From positions 50,973,590 to 51,037,589 of the forward strand of contig NC_092387.1 of NCBI RefSeq assembly GCF_030028105.1: 64,000 nt of DNA, in the 5' to 3' direction. The first letter of the stretch is position 1; every line of letters starts with the position of its first letter. This stretch comes from Mobula birostris (taxonomy: Eukaryota). Under the pieces are notes generated by a model, which was not told the origin of the DNA, did no database searches, and was given only the letters and a program-made list of their open reading frames with translations. The translations under genes and the position numbers were made by a program. This document shows, in pieces, positions 39,861 through 51,940 of the stretch.

Positions 39861-41165
39861 TACCTGGACTATACCTCATCCCATCCAGCTACTTGTATAC
39901 CTAGACTATACCCCGTCCCACCCCGCTACTTGTATACCTGGACTATACCCCGTCCCACCCCGCTACTTGTATACCTGGATTATACCTCGTCCCACCCTGC
40001 TACTTGTAATTACGCCATTCCCTTCTCTCAATTCCTCTGTCTCCACCGCATCTACTCTCAGTATGAAGCTTTTCATTCTAGACCAAAGGAGAGGTCCTCC
40101 TTTTTCAAAGAAAGGGGCTTCCGTTCCTCCACCATCAACACTGCCCTCAACCGCATCTCTTCCATTTCACATACATCTGCTCTTACCCCATCCTCCTGCC
40201 ACGCTACCAGGGATAGGGTTCCTCTTGTTCTCACCTACCACCCCACCAGCCTCCGCGTCCAGCACATATTTCTCTGAAACTTCTGCCACCTCCAGCTGGA
40301 TCCCACAACCAAAATCATCTTTCTCTCCCCACCCCCACTTTTTGCTTTCCGCAGAGGTCGCTCCCTACGTGACTCTCTTATCCATTCGTCCCTCCCCGCT
40401 GATCTCCCTCCTGGCACTTATCCTTGCAAGCGGAACAAGTGCTTCATCTGCCCCTACACCTCCTCCCTCACTACCATTCAGGGGCCCAAACAGGTGAGGC
40501 GACACTTCATCTGAGAGTCTGTCGGGGTCATATACTGTGGTGGGTGCTCCCGGTGTGGCCTCTTGTATATGGTAGGACCCGACGTAGACTGCGAGACTGC
40601 TTCACCGAGCATCTATGCTCTGCACACCAAAATAAGTGGGATCTCCCAGTGGCCATCCATTTTAATTCCACTTCCCATCGCATTCTGATATGTCCATCCA
40701 TGGCCCCCTCCACTGTTGGGATAAGGCCACACTTAGGTTGGAGGAACAACACCTTATATTTTGTTTGGGTAGCCTCCACCCTGATGGTATGAACAGCGAT
40801 TTCTCAAACTTCCAGTAATGCCTCCACCCCCTCCCCGCTTCACCATTTCCCATCCCCTTGTCCCTCTCTCATGTTATCTCCTTGCCCACCCATCACCTCT
40901 CTCTGGTGCTCCTCCCCCCACCCCCTCCTTCCTTCCATGGTCATCTGTCTCTTTCGCCTATCAACTTTCTAGCTCTTTGCTTCATCCCTCCCCCTCCAAT
41001 TTTCACCTGTTGTCTGGCATTTCTCTCTCCTCTCCCTCTACCTTACAAATCTTATCCTCAGCTTTTTTTCTCCAGTCCTGCCTAAAGGTTTTGGTCTGAA
41101 ATGTTGCCCGTTTATTTTTCCATAGATGCTGCCAGGCCTGCTGAGTTCCTCCAGCATTTTGTGTG
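39861..41165 (+). mobile_element. Neptune-type PLE, 5'-truncated, with 4 x 37-bp tandem at its 5' end
   Basis: YLDYTSSHPATC..IPFSQFL..GIY-YIG remnants. TSD ttaccaRaagta at 39851-39862 and 41166-41177. Confidence 0.92.
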
Positions 41166-43204
41166 TTACCAGAAGTAATATTTTGTATGCCTTTGCTAGA
41201 CTGTTAATCACAGTTTAATGTATCTAAACATTTATTTTGTGAAATACATTTTATGGACTTCCCTGTATAAATCATGATAATTTTTACAATATACTTTCCC
41301 TGAAATGAGATGGTATTAATCAGTTTGTTTACTTCAAACTTTTTTTATATTTGCGTTCTTACATCTAATGTCTCAGGACATTACAAAGCATGATATAGCC
41401 TATAAGTTATCTCCCCTCTGTATTCAGTGTTATAAATAATATTGGGTGAGATTAGAACTAGAGGTCATTGGTTAAGGGAGGAAGGTGAAATTTTGAAAGG
41501 GAACATGAGGGGGAACAAGCTGCTAGCAGAAGTGGTGGATGCAGGTTTGATTTCAGCATTTAAGGGAAGATTATGTAAGTACATGGTTGGGAGGGGTTTG
41601 GAGGTCATGGTCCAGATGCAGGTCAAAAGGACTAGGCAAAGTAATAGTTTGGCACAGGCTAGATGGGCTGAAGGGGCTGTTTCTGTGCTGTAATGTTCCA
41701 TGAAACCTGGCAGCCTACAAGCACCCATAGCAGCTTAATGATAAAGAAAAGCTCATCTGTATTTATGATGATGGTTGGAGAATAGTGTTAACCTGGAATT
41801 GTGTCTTCTTCTAGATGCCTGCAACCTTGTTGTGTCTCCATTTAAGTACACATATTACTTGAACAGGTAGTAGAAGCGTATGCAATCATAATTTTCAAAT
41901 AGGAATTGGATAAATGCTTAGAACCAATGACAGTACTTTGGAGAAAGAGCTGGAATGTGACTGATCAGGTATTTCTGATAGGTGACAGAGGATTTGTGTT
42001 ATATTATTTTTTGATTCTGTGGTGGGATGTGATCTCATTTCTAGGTTATTATAGGTGCTGTAGCAATTTAAGGTCCTAAGACAGTAAGACATTGGAGTAG
42101 AATTAGGCCATTTGTCCCATTGAGTCTGCTCTGCCATTGGATCATGGCTGATTGATTATACTGTACCTCTCAATCCCATTCTTCTCCCCGTAACCTTTGA
42201 TGCTCTTACTAATCAAGAACCTAAATGCTATCTTATTTTATCTGAGTTGTGAATTGAGAGAGGTTTGGGAATGTGTACAGGCTAAATGAGTGGGTGAGGA
42301 TGAGTAGATGGAATATAATGTGAAAAAATTATAGTCATCATTGATGTTTGGCTTTTTTAAAGAGAAAAGCAGAGTAGTCCTCAAGAAGGGTCTCGGCCTG
42401 AAACGTTGACTGTTTATTCATTTCCATAGGTGCTGCCTGACCTCTTGTGTTTCATATGTGTTGCTCTGGATTTCCAGCATCTGCAGAATCTCTTGTATTC
42501 AGGAATTGATAGTTGTTCATTTTTTGGCAGATTTGTGTGGTGTTGGAGAGAGTCTTTGTATGTGAATCATGGAAAGTTAATATGCAGGCACAGCAAGTGT
42601 TTGGAAAGCAAACAGTATTAAGATTTATTGCATTAAGATTTAAATATAGTGGTAAATATAACTAATTACAATTATATAAGTCTCTGATGAGACTGCACCA
42701 GGAATGTCATGCACTGGTCTGGTTTTCCTATTGGAAGAAGGATATGATTATCAGAGAGGGAGTGCAATAAAGGTTCACCATATTTATTTCTGGAATGGCA
42801 GTTTTGTCTTATCAGAAAGTATTATGCAGACGAGGCCAAATACTCTAGAATTTACAAAAAATGAGAGGTGATTTAATTGAAAAGTACAAAATTCTCATGA
42901 GATTTGATAGGGCTGATGTACAGATGAGATTTCTGCTGACTGGTGTATCAGGGATCACAGTCTCAAAGTGAGGCATAGTCATTCAGGACTGACAGTGGAA
43001 GAAATGTCCTAGGAAGGGCTGTGCAGGCTCATTCACGGAGTATATTCAAGGCAGAGGTTGACACATTTTGGAATCAAGGGATATGGGCTTAGTGCAGGAA
43101 AGTTATAATGATTGTTGAGTGGTGGAGTAGGAACAAGGAGCCAAATAGCATTCTCCTGATATCTTATAATCAGACCATGTTTCAATTTGTGCTTTTAAAT
43201 TAAG

Positions 43205-43311
43205 GACAAACTGAAAAGGCCGGAGCAGAAATGCTACTAAAGGGAAGGTTTGTAGAATTTCGGAAAGCCTTCTTCCTTGTGGAAGGAAAGGATTCAACTC
43301 TGCTATCCCAG
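43205..43311 (+). CDS. NUDT13: NUDT13 coding exon 4
   Basis: GQTEKAGAEMLLKGRFVEFRKAFFLVEGKDSTLLSQ; 107 nt; donor CAG|GTAAGA. Confidence 0.92.
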
Positions 43312-43687
43312 GTAAGACAAAAGTTTTGGCAAATTTTGAAGATAAATATTGCTTCCATGCAAGTGTCAGATCTAGATGTTTCTGATGTGTGGCTGAAACG
43401 AGAGGGTATGATGGTGGGCTGGAGGGAGAGGAGGTAAATGCACCTACACACTGTGTGTATTAATGTGGGGTGAGGAGGGCTGTTATGTAGGTAATATATT
43501 TTAATTTTCTCTGGTTCTTATGCCTCTCATAGATTGCTTTCAGAACTTTATGTTACTGCATCCGCAGAATATTGCAGTTTTAATTTCAGGCTAGGCTCTG
43601 GTCTTGGACGTTCTAAAGTGGGCTTTTCTTGCACGTTCAAGTTCAAGTGAAGTTACTACATACATGTATATAACATATGAAACTATA

Positions 43688-44003
43688 TAATAATAATAAT
43701 AATAAAGCATCCGTTAGTCTTGCAAGACCATGGATCTGCACCTGGAAAGTCTTTACTCTTCAAGGCGCAGGCCTGGGCAAGGTTGTATGGAAGACAGGCA
43801 GTTGCCCATGCTGCAAGTCTCCCCTCTCCATGACATCGATGTTGTCCAAGGGAAGGGCAAGGGCCAATACAGCTTGGCACCAGTGTCATTGCAGAGCACT
43901 ATGTGGTTAAGTGCCTTGCTCAAGGACACAACACGCTGCCTCGGCTGAGGCTCGAACTCATGACCTTCAATTCGCTAGTCCAATGCCTTAACCACTTGGC
44001 CAC
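43688..44003 (-). mobile_element. tRNA-headed SINE with CORE-like segment and RTE-type tail
   Basis: A box gtggccaagtgg, B box gagttcgagcc, tgtgtccttgagcaaggcacttaacc. The 3' part is homologous to 58163-58350. (TTA)n tail. Confidence 0.8.
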
Positions 44004-44375
44004 ATTATAATGTATATAGAAATAAGACAATCTTTCTTTGAACCAGGATGTAAAGCACAGTAGTACACATAACACATGATAACTTATGAAGGTAAGGATA
44101 AAATCTACAGATGAATGACACATAAATAACGAACTGAAGTACATTCATATTGAATATTGGAAGGTACGGAACAGATTAATCAGTGAACACGATGTGGCTG
44201 AGAGTTTAGTAGCCTAATGGCCTGGGGGAAGAAACTGTTTCTCATCTTGACAGCTCTTGTTTTAATATATCCTAATGCTGGAATTAACATTACAGATAAG
44301 TGATCTAAGAGTCCAACATGGAGTTGAGGGACTACTTTATAGGCACCGGGTATGTTAGTGCAAACCAGGTCTATT

Positions 44376-45050
44376 GTCACAGCAGGCAGTGAAGAAAGCT
44401 AATGGCATGCTGGCCTTCATAACAAGGGGAATTGAGTATAAGAGCAAAGAGGTCTTTCTGCAGCTGTACAGGGCCCTGGTGAGACCACACCTGGAGTACT
44501 GTGTGCAGTTTTGGTCTCCAAATTTGAGGAAGGACATTCTTGCTATTGAGGGAGTGCAGTGTAGGTTCACAAGGTTAATTCCCGGGATGGCGGGACTGTC
44601 ATATATCGAAAGTTTAGAGCAACTGGGCTTGTATACTCTGGAATTTAGAAGGCTGAGAGGGTATCTTATTGAAGCATATAAGATTATTAAGGGATTGGAC
44701 ATGCTGCAGGCAGGAAGCATGTTCCCGCTGATGCGTGAGTCCAGAACCAGAGGCCACAGTTTAAGAATTAGGGGTAGGCCATTTAGAACGGAGTTGAGGA
44801 AAAACTTTTTCACCCAGAGAGTGGTGGATATATGGAATGCACTGCCCCAGAAGGCTGTGGAGGCCAAGTCTCTGGATGCTTTCAAAAAAGAGATGGATAG
44901 AGCTCTTAAAGATAGCGGAATCAAAGGTTATGAGGATAAGGCAGGAACTGGATACTGATTGTGGATGATCAGCCATTATCACAGTGAATGGCGGTGCTGG
45001 CTCGAAGGGCCGAATGGCCTACTCCTGCACTTATTGTCTATTGTCTATTG
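44376..45050 (+). mobile_element. CR1 LINE 3' fragment (young)
   Basis: 194-aa ORF with LVRPHLEYCVQFWSP..FFTQRVVDIWNALP; (tattgtc)n tail. Confidence 0.95.
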
Positions 45051-45440
45051 TATTCTGGTTCAGAAGCAGGAGTTCTTTTACTCAGCCACATGCGTATCCC
45101 ATATTGATTCATGGTAACTTAACAAGTCAGTTTATTTAATGAAGTATTTTTAATACAACTGCTAATTGCATTTAGCAATTTATCTTTTTACCCCAACATA
45201 AAAATATAAATAACTTACATTGACAATATTAAAAAATTATAAATCAATGATATTGAACATAATAGTGAAATGAATTGACTTCTGGCCAGAAGTTTATTTT
45301 TAATTCAAGTCAAGTACATTTATTATCAAATAATGTATAAATTATATACACAAAATAAACTGCAGATGCTGTGATCAAAGCAACACTTTCAGTACGCTGG
45401 ATGAACTCAGCAGGTCGGGCAGCATCAGTTAGAAACGATG

Positions 45441-45476
45441 AGTCGACGTTTCGGGCCGGAACCCTTCGTCAGGTCT
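45441..45476 (-). ncRNA. Minimal type I hammerhead ribozyme
   Basis: AGAC-CTGACGA-A-GGGTTCCGGCCC-GAAA-CGTC-GACT. Confidence 0.7.
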
Positions 45477-48400
45477 GAAGAATGAAAGATGGGGAAGGAT
45501 TTGAAGAATGCTTGTAGCTTCAGTTGAAAGACCAGTAATTTGAAAGACAAAGGGGTGGGGGAGGGGAAGCATTGACGTCATAGCTCTTGAAAACAATGGG
45601 TAGTAGAAGAAGGAGGCGGAACCATGAGGGAGGTGATAGGCAGCTGGGGGAGGGGAAGAGTGACATAGGGATAGGGGAAGGGAGGGGGAGGGAATTACCG
45701 GAAGTTGGAGAATTCTATGTTCATACCAAGGGCCTGGAGACTACCTAGATGGTATATGAGGTGTTGCTCCTCCAACCTGAGTGTAGCCTCATCATGGCAG
45801 TAGAGGAGGCCATGTATGGAGATATCTGAATGGGAGTGGGAAACAGAGTTGAAGTGGATGGCACCGGAAGATCCTGTCTGTTGTGGCGGACGGAGTGGAG
45901 GTGCTCGACGAAGCGGTCCCCCAATCTGCGTCGGGTTTCACCGATGTAGAGGAGGCCGCACCGGGAGCACCGGATGCAATAGATGACCCCAACAGACTCA
46001 CAAGTGAAGTGTTGTCTCACCTGGAAGGATTGTTTGGGGCCCTGAATGGTGGCAAGAGAGGAGGTGTAGGGACAGGTGTAGCACTTACACTTACAGGGAT
46101 AAGTGCCGGGTGGGAGATCAGTGGGGATGGACGTGCGGATAAGGGAGTCGCGGAGGGACCGATCCCTGCGGAAAGTGGAGAGGGGTAGAGAGGGAAAAAT
46201 GTGCTTAGTGGTGGGGTCCTGTTGAAGGTGGCGGAAGTAGTGGAGGATAATATGCTGGATCCGGAGGCTAGTGGGGTGGTAGGTAAGGACAAGGGGAACT
46301 CTGTCCCTGTTGTGGTTGCGGGAGGATGGGGTGAGGGCCGTAGTGCGAGAAATGGGGGAGATGCGGGTAAGGGCGTCCTTGACGACGGTAGAAGGGAAAC
46401 CATGATCCTTGAAGAAAGAGGACATTTGAGATGTCCTGGAACGGAAAGCCTCATCCTCGGAGCAGATGTGATGGAGACGGAGAAACTGGGAATAGGGAAT
46501 GGCATTTTTGCATGTGGCGGGGTGGGAAGAGGTATAGTCGAGATAGTTATGAGAGTCAGTGGGCTTGTAGAAGATGTCAGTGGAAAGTCTGTCTCCAGAG
46601 ATGGAGACCGAGACATCGAGAAAGGAGAGAGAAGTGTCCGAGATAGAGGAAGTGATATATTGAATTTGAGGGCTGGGTGGAAGTTTGAAGTAAAGTCGAT
46701 GAAATTGACGAGCTCAGCATGGGTGCAGGAAGCAGCACCAATGTAGTCTTCAATGTACCGAAGGAAAAGTTGGGGAGCAGTACCAGAATAGGTTTGGAGC
46801 ACAGACTGTTCCACATAACCAACGAAGAGGCAGGCGTAGCTGGGTCCCATGCGAGTTCCCATAATAGACATGGGAGTATATAATAGAATGAAGCACTCGA
46901 TCTCTTCATCTCCAACTGTCGGCGAGACATCAACCGTCTCAACTTCACCACTCCTCTCTCCTGTTCCAACCTCACTCCCTCTGAATGCACTGCCCTCCAC
47001 TCTCTCCGCACTAATCCCAACCTCACTATCAAACCTGCTGATAAAGGTGGTGCCATAGTAGTCTGACGGATGGACCTCTACCTCACTGAGGCAAAACGGC
47101 AGCTGACACCTCCTCTTACTTACCACTGGAACTGGACCCCACCAAAAAACATCAAACCATTATCTCCCGCACCATCACCACCCTTATCAACTCCAGAGAC
47201 CTTCCATCCTCAGCCGCTAATCTCATTTTTCCCACACCCCGTACCGCTTGGTTTTACCTCCTCCCAAAGATACACAAGCCTAACTGTTCTGGTAGGCCCA
47301 TAGTTTCTGCCTGCTCCTGTCCCACCGAACTTGTAACTGCCTACCTGGACTCCATTTTGTCACCCATAGTTTAGTCTCTCCCCACCTACATCCGGGATAC
47401 ATCCCATGCCCTCCACCTCTTCAATAACTTCCAATTCCCCGGTCCCAACCACTACATTTTTACTATGGATGTCCAGTCCTTATACACCTCCATTCCCCAT
47501 CCAGAAGGCCTCAAAGCCCTCCGCTACTTCCTGGATAATAGACCTCACCAGTTCCCCCCCACCACTGCCCTCCTCCAGTTGGCGGAACTGGTTCTCACAC
47601 TTAATAACTTCTCTTTTTGCTCTTCCCACTTCCTTCAGACTAAGGGTGTAGCTATGGGAACTCGCATGGGACCCAGCTACGCCTGCCTCTTCGTTGGTTA
47701 TGTGGAACAGTCTGTGCTCCAAACCTATTCTGGTACTGCTCCCCAACTTTTCCTTCGGTACATTGAAAACTACATTGGTGCTGCTTCCTGCACCCATGCT
47801 GAGCTTGTCAATTTCATCGACTTTACTTCAAGCTTCCACCCAGCCCTCAAATTCAATATATCACTTCCTCTATCTCGGACACTTCTCTCCCCTTTCTCGA
47901 TGTCTCGGTCTCCATCTCTGGAGACAGACTTTCCACTGACATCTTCTACAAGCCCACTGACTCTCATAATTACCTCCACTATACTTCATCCCACCCCGCC
48001 AAATGCAAAAATGCCATTCCCTATTCCCAGTTCCTCCGTCTCCGCCGCATCTGCTCCGTGGATGAGGCTTTCCATTCCAGGACGTCTCAAATGTCCTCTT
48101 TCTTTAAGGATCGTGGTTTCCCTTCTACCGTCATCAAGGATGCCCTCACCCGCATCTCCTCCATTTCCTGCACTTCGGCCCTCACCCCATCCTCCCGCAA
48201 CCACATCAGGGACAGAGTTCTCCTTGTCCTTACCTACCACCCCACCAGCCTCCAGATCCAGCATATTATCCTCCGCTACTTCTGCCACCTTCAACAGGAC
48301 CCCACCACTAAGCACATCTTTCCCTCTCCACCCCTCTCCGCTTTCCGCAGGGATCGGTCCCTCTGCGACTCCCTTATCCGCACGTCCATCCCCACTGATC

Positions 48401-49030
48401 TCCCACCTGGCACTTATCCCTGTAAGTGTAAGTGCTACACCTGTCCCTACACCTCCTTTCTTGCCACCATTCAGAGCCCTAAACAGTCCTTCCAGGTGAG
48501 ACAACACTTCACTTGTGAGTCTGTTGGGGTCATCTATTGCATCCGGTGCTCCCGGTGCGGCCTCCTCTACATCAGTGAAACCCGACGCAGATTGGGGGAC
48601 CGCTTCGTCGAGCACCTCCACTCCGTCCGCCACAACAGACAGGATCTCCTGGTAGCCACCCACTTCAACTCTGTTTCCCATTCCCATTCAGATATCTCCA
48701 TACATGGCCTCCTCTACTGCCATGATGAGGCTATACTCAGGTTGGAGGAGCAACACCTCATATACTGTCTAGGTAGTCTCCAGCCCCTTGGTATGAACAT
48801 AGAATTCTTCAACATCCGGTAATTCCCTCCCCCTCCCTTCCTCTATCCCTATTTCAATCTACCCCCTCCCCCAGCTCCCTCATGGTTCTGCCTCCTTCTT
48901 CTACTACCCATTGTTTTCAAGGGCTATGATGTCAATGCTTCCCCTCCCCCACCCCTTTGTCTTTCAAATTACTGGTCCTTCAACTGAAGCTACAAGCATT
49001 CTTCAAATCCTTCCCCATCTTTCATTCTTC

Positions 49031-49066
49031 AGTCCTGATGAAGGGTTCCGGCCCGAAACGTCGACT
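49031..49066 (+). ncRNA. Minimal type I hammerhead ribozyme, sense to the NUDT13 pre-mRNA
   Basis: AGTC-CTGATGA-A-GGGTTCCGGCCC-GAAA-CGTC-GACT; predicted cleavage after 49062. Confidence 0.8.
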
Positions 49067-49283
49067 CAATGTTTCTGACTAATGCTGCCCGACCTGCTGA
49101 GTTCATCCAGCGTACTGAAAGTGTTGTATAAAGTATATAACCTTGAGATTAACTTGCAGAATTCTGGGAAATTCTGTTGTACTGTATATCTTTCCTTGGT
49201 TTACAGTGCTGGCCACTGCAATTAGATAGTGATAAAAAAGCATCTTGGCCTGAAACACCAACTCTTTATTACTCTCCATAGAT

Positions 49284-49364
49284 CAGTGGTCCCCAACCTT
49301 TTTAATGCCGTGGACCTGTAACATTAACAGAGGGGGTCCGTGGACTCCTGCTTTAGCGCCCCTG
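49284..49364. mobile_element. hAT-type MITE nested in a PLE tail
   Basis: cagtggtccccaacc...gcccctg ends; 8-bp TSD ccatagat / caatagat at 49276-49283 and 49365-49372. Confidence 0.75.
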
Positions 49365-49592
49365 CAATAGATGCTGTCTAACTTGCTGAATTCCTCCAGC
49401 ATTTTGTGTGTCTTACTCTGGATATCCGGCAGCTGCAGACTCTTGTATTTGTGACAAAAGATTGCTCTGTTTCTATGAGTTTAAATTTATGATCAATCTC
49501 CTCAGATTTGTATTCTGAATTTTCACTGAGCTTATATTTCAGGTCAGACTATCTATGGGGAATGTGAGTCACAATAATGTGATGTATTTTAG

Positions 49593-49718
49593 GCTCAGGC
49601 CCTTCTCCGTTGGCACAGCACACATCTCTACTGTGGTAGAACTGGACAACCAACGCAGAAAAATATATCCGGCAGTAAACGTGTCTGTGGCACAGATGAA
49701 GTAATCTATTATCCACAG
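49593..49718 (+). CDS. NUDT13: NUDT13 coding exon 5
   Basis: AQALLRWHSTHLYCGRTGQPTQKNISGSKRVCGTDEVIYYPQ (degenerate zinc-ribbon region); 126 nt. Confidence 0.97.
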
Positions 49719-50762
49719 GTAGTCGTTGTGGATGATTCTGATATGCACTCAGCTCGCTTTATATGATGTTCCTTTTGTAAGGTCTACCTACCGAAGGAAA
49801 GATATTCTTTGATTGAGATTCAGCAGCCTGATTCCTGGGATGTGATTTACCTTTCTGTTACATGAGGCTACGTTAAGCAGACTGGATGTACTGTATTGAA
49901 TTTAAGTGATCGCATTGAAATACATAAAATTCTCATGGGGCCCGACAGAATGTTTCAAACAACTGATCCAAGAGGATACTGTAAATACGTCTATAAGCTC
50001 CTGTAGGCAGTCTAGGAATTTGCAAGTAGGAAGTTAGAGAAACATAGCACTGTAAAACAATTGTTGAATGACACAGTGCAACATGTTGGTGCATTTAAAT
50101 GTATTTTAATATGTTTTACATTATCCAGTATCTGTGGAGATATTCTCTTTCATTATTCCGGATAGTAGAGATTTACTGTGCTTCTACCCACTATGTCTAT
50201 TTGCTGTCACTCTATACTCATTTCCTCTAAACTAATTTTATTTCCCAGGCTCTGCACTAATGGCATTTGTAATACAACCCTTGGGCATGGAAGAAGATCC
50301 AAGATGAAATGGAGAGAGCAAAATAAATAGATAAGAAGTGCAAACAGGGGTTTTCATAAAAGTTTCAGGAATAGATGTGGATACATCTTGTTTAAATTCA
50401 TTAGTCATAACACGTTGCTCTTGAAGATGAAGGGTGTAAACACTGAGAAATGGAATTGTATATTTTGAGTGCCAAAGCTGAGTACTCAGACTATAAATTC
50501 TTCCCACTCTGCTGTAAAAATCTCACCCACAAAATAGTATCACCATCTCTACCAGTGTGATATTCTATCACTTTCCAGCGTTATTCTCTAATCAATTGGG
50601 CTCCCATCATATTGAACCATTTTATAGCAGTTAATGGCAAACATCTCCAGGAATCAGAGTAACTCAGGTTAGCAGAGGCACATCCACTACTTTAAATATG
50701 CATTGCAAATGTTTTAAACTATTTTTAAATGCTAAGTTATTCCTGCAATTCTTCATTAACAG

Positions 50763-50874
50763 ATGTCTCCTGTGGTTATCATGTTGGTATCCAATGGAAC
50801 ACATTGCCTGCTGGCACGTCAAAAGGGATTTCCTCCTGGAATGTATAGTGCACTGGCTGGATTCTGCAACATTG
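50763..50874 (+). CDS. NUDT13: NUDT13 coding exon 6
   Basis: MSPVVIMLVSNGTHCLLARQKGFPPGMYSALAGFCNI; 112 nt. Confidence 0.97.
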
Positions 50875-51548
50875 GTAATCAAATCTTCTTACAGTAACAG
50901 ATTACATGCAGTGCAAGATTATAGACAGAATTTAGCTTTTGCTGCGAAATATATTGTTTTGAAGTATTTCTAATAACAGATTACTATACCAGCAATAGAC
51001 ATCCATGATGACTGCATCCTAGTGTGGCAATGTCTTGCCTTTATTTAACTTTACTGACAGCACATTTGAACTGGTGAACTATGGGCACAGATCTGTATCC
51101 TGTATCAATTTTATATTTACTGCCATTCGGCTCAAGCTGTCTACTGTGTTACTTGCTTCCATATCTTGTAGTAGAGTGTTCTATATTCTAAACATTTTTG
51201 GGTGAAAAACCTAGCCTATTTAGCCTATCCCAACATGTATATCTTTTCATTTCTGGTGATATCCATCTGAATGTTTTTGTACATTTTTTAGTGTCTCTAT
51301 ATCTTCTCATTTATATAAAACTATAGTTGTGCATAGCACACCAAGTGCAATCCAGTAGCCCTAGTAGTTCTGTAAGCAAAGTGTGATTGAGACAAGTCAA
51401 AGTCCATTTTCATCCTGTGCAGAAATAACCCAGCCAACTGATGGGCAATCCCACAGCCACCATTAACCATTGATTGGTTTCTCGCTCTTTCAAACTGACT
51501 TGCAGCAAATTTCTTCTTTCTATTTCTCGTTTCTTTTGCCTTTCCCAG

Positions 51549-51703
51549 GAGAGACAGTGGAAGAGGCTGTGCATCGAGAAGTGGCGGAAGAAGTCGGTTT
51601 GGATGTGTCCTCACTGTCGTATTCTGCATCCCAACACTGGCCCTTTCCCAGTAGTTCTCTGATGATTGGGTGCCATGCAATGGTGCAGCCAAAGCAGAAC
51701 AAG
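51549..51703 (+). CDS. NUDT13: NUDT13 coding exon 7 (Nudix box)
   Basis: [18 protein letters not shown] completes GX5EX7REUXEEXGU; SQHWPFP NADH-diphosphatase signature; 155 nt. Confidence 0.98.
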
Positions 51704-51940
51704 GTAAGATAAGTTTTGGAGAGCCAAAAAATAAGGACCATGCTTCTGAAATTTAGCACCCTGATAACTTTGAAATCTACAAGGAGAGGGAGACCAAAAA
51801 AATGACCACAACAAAAATGTGGAAATGTGTACTGTTATGGTTTACTTTGTAAGTTGTTTCAAGTCATTTCAACTTTTCCTGTTTAGTCTGCAGAATAAGA
51901 CAGCTTCCAACATGGCTTTGCCTGTGGTGCTTTGTAACTA

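Larger units (their letters stand above)
45349..49124. mobile_element. 3.8-kb inverted Neptune-type PLE insertion (minus arm 45349-46863, plus arm about 46894-49124)
   Basis: Plus arm has IKPADKGG, MDVQSLYT, GVAMGTRMGPSYA, RYIEN, Cys linker and GIY-YIG, with stops and frameshifts. Minus arm mirrors 47653-49124. TSD tgtataaaKtatata at 45334-45348 and 49125-49139. Confidence 0.95.

Noticed and set aside
39861-40008. 37-bp repeats (and the 29950-30146 repeats) as a CRISPR array
   Set aside because: Units are directly adjacent with no unique spacers, there are no cas genes, and the context is eukaryotic.
43930-44003. tRNA gene
   Set aside because: The A and B boxes continue into a SINE body and tail; there is no complete acceptor stem or Pol III terminator.
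47064-47066. In-frame TGA as selenocysteine (as in some Naiad PLEs)
   Set aside because: It falls at a probable Trp (TGG>TGA) just after the DKG motif in a decayed copy with a C-terminal endonuclease; no SECIS recognised.
46017-48822. Long ORFs (369, 344, 254, 233 aa) as host genes or an active transposon
   Set aside because: They are frameshifted or antisense readings of the PLE; the RT catalytic motif is mutated and there is an in-frame stop at 47064.
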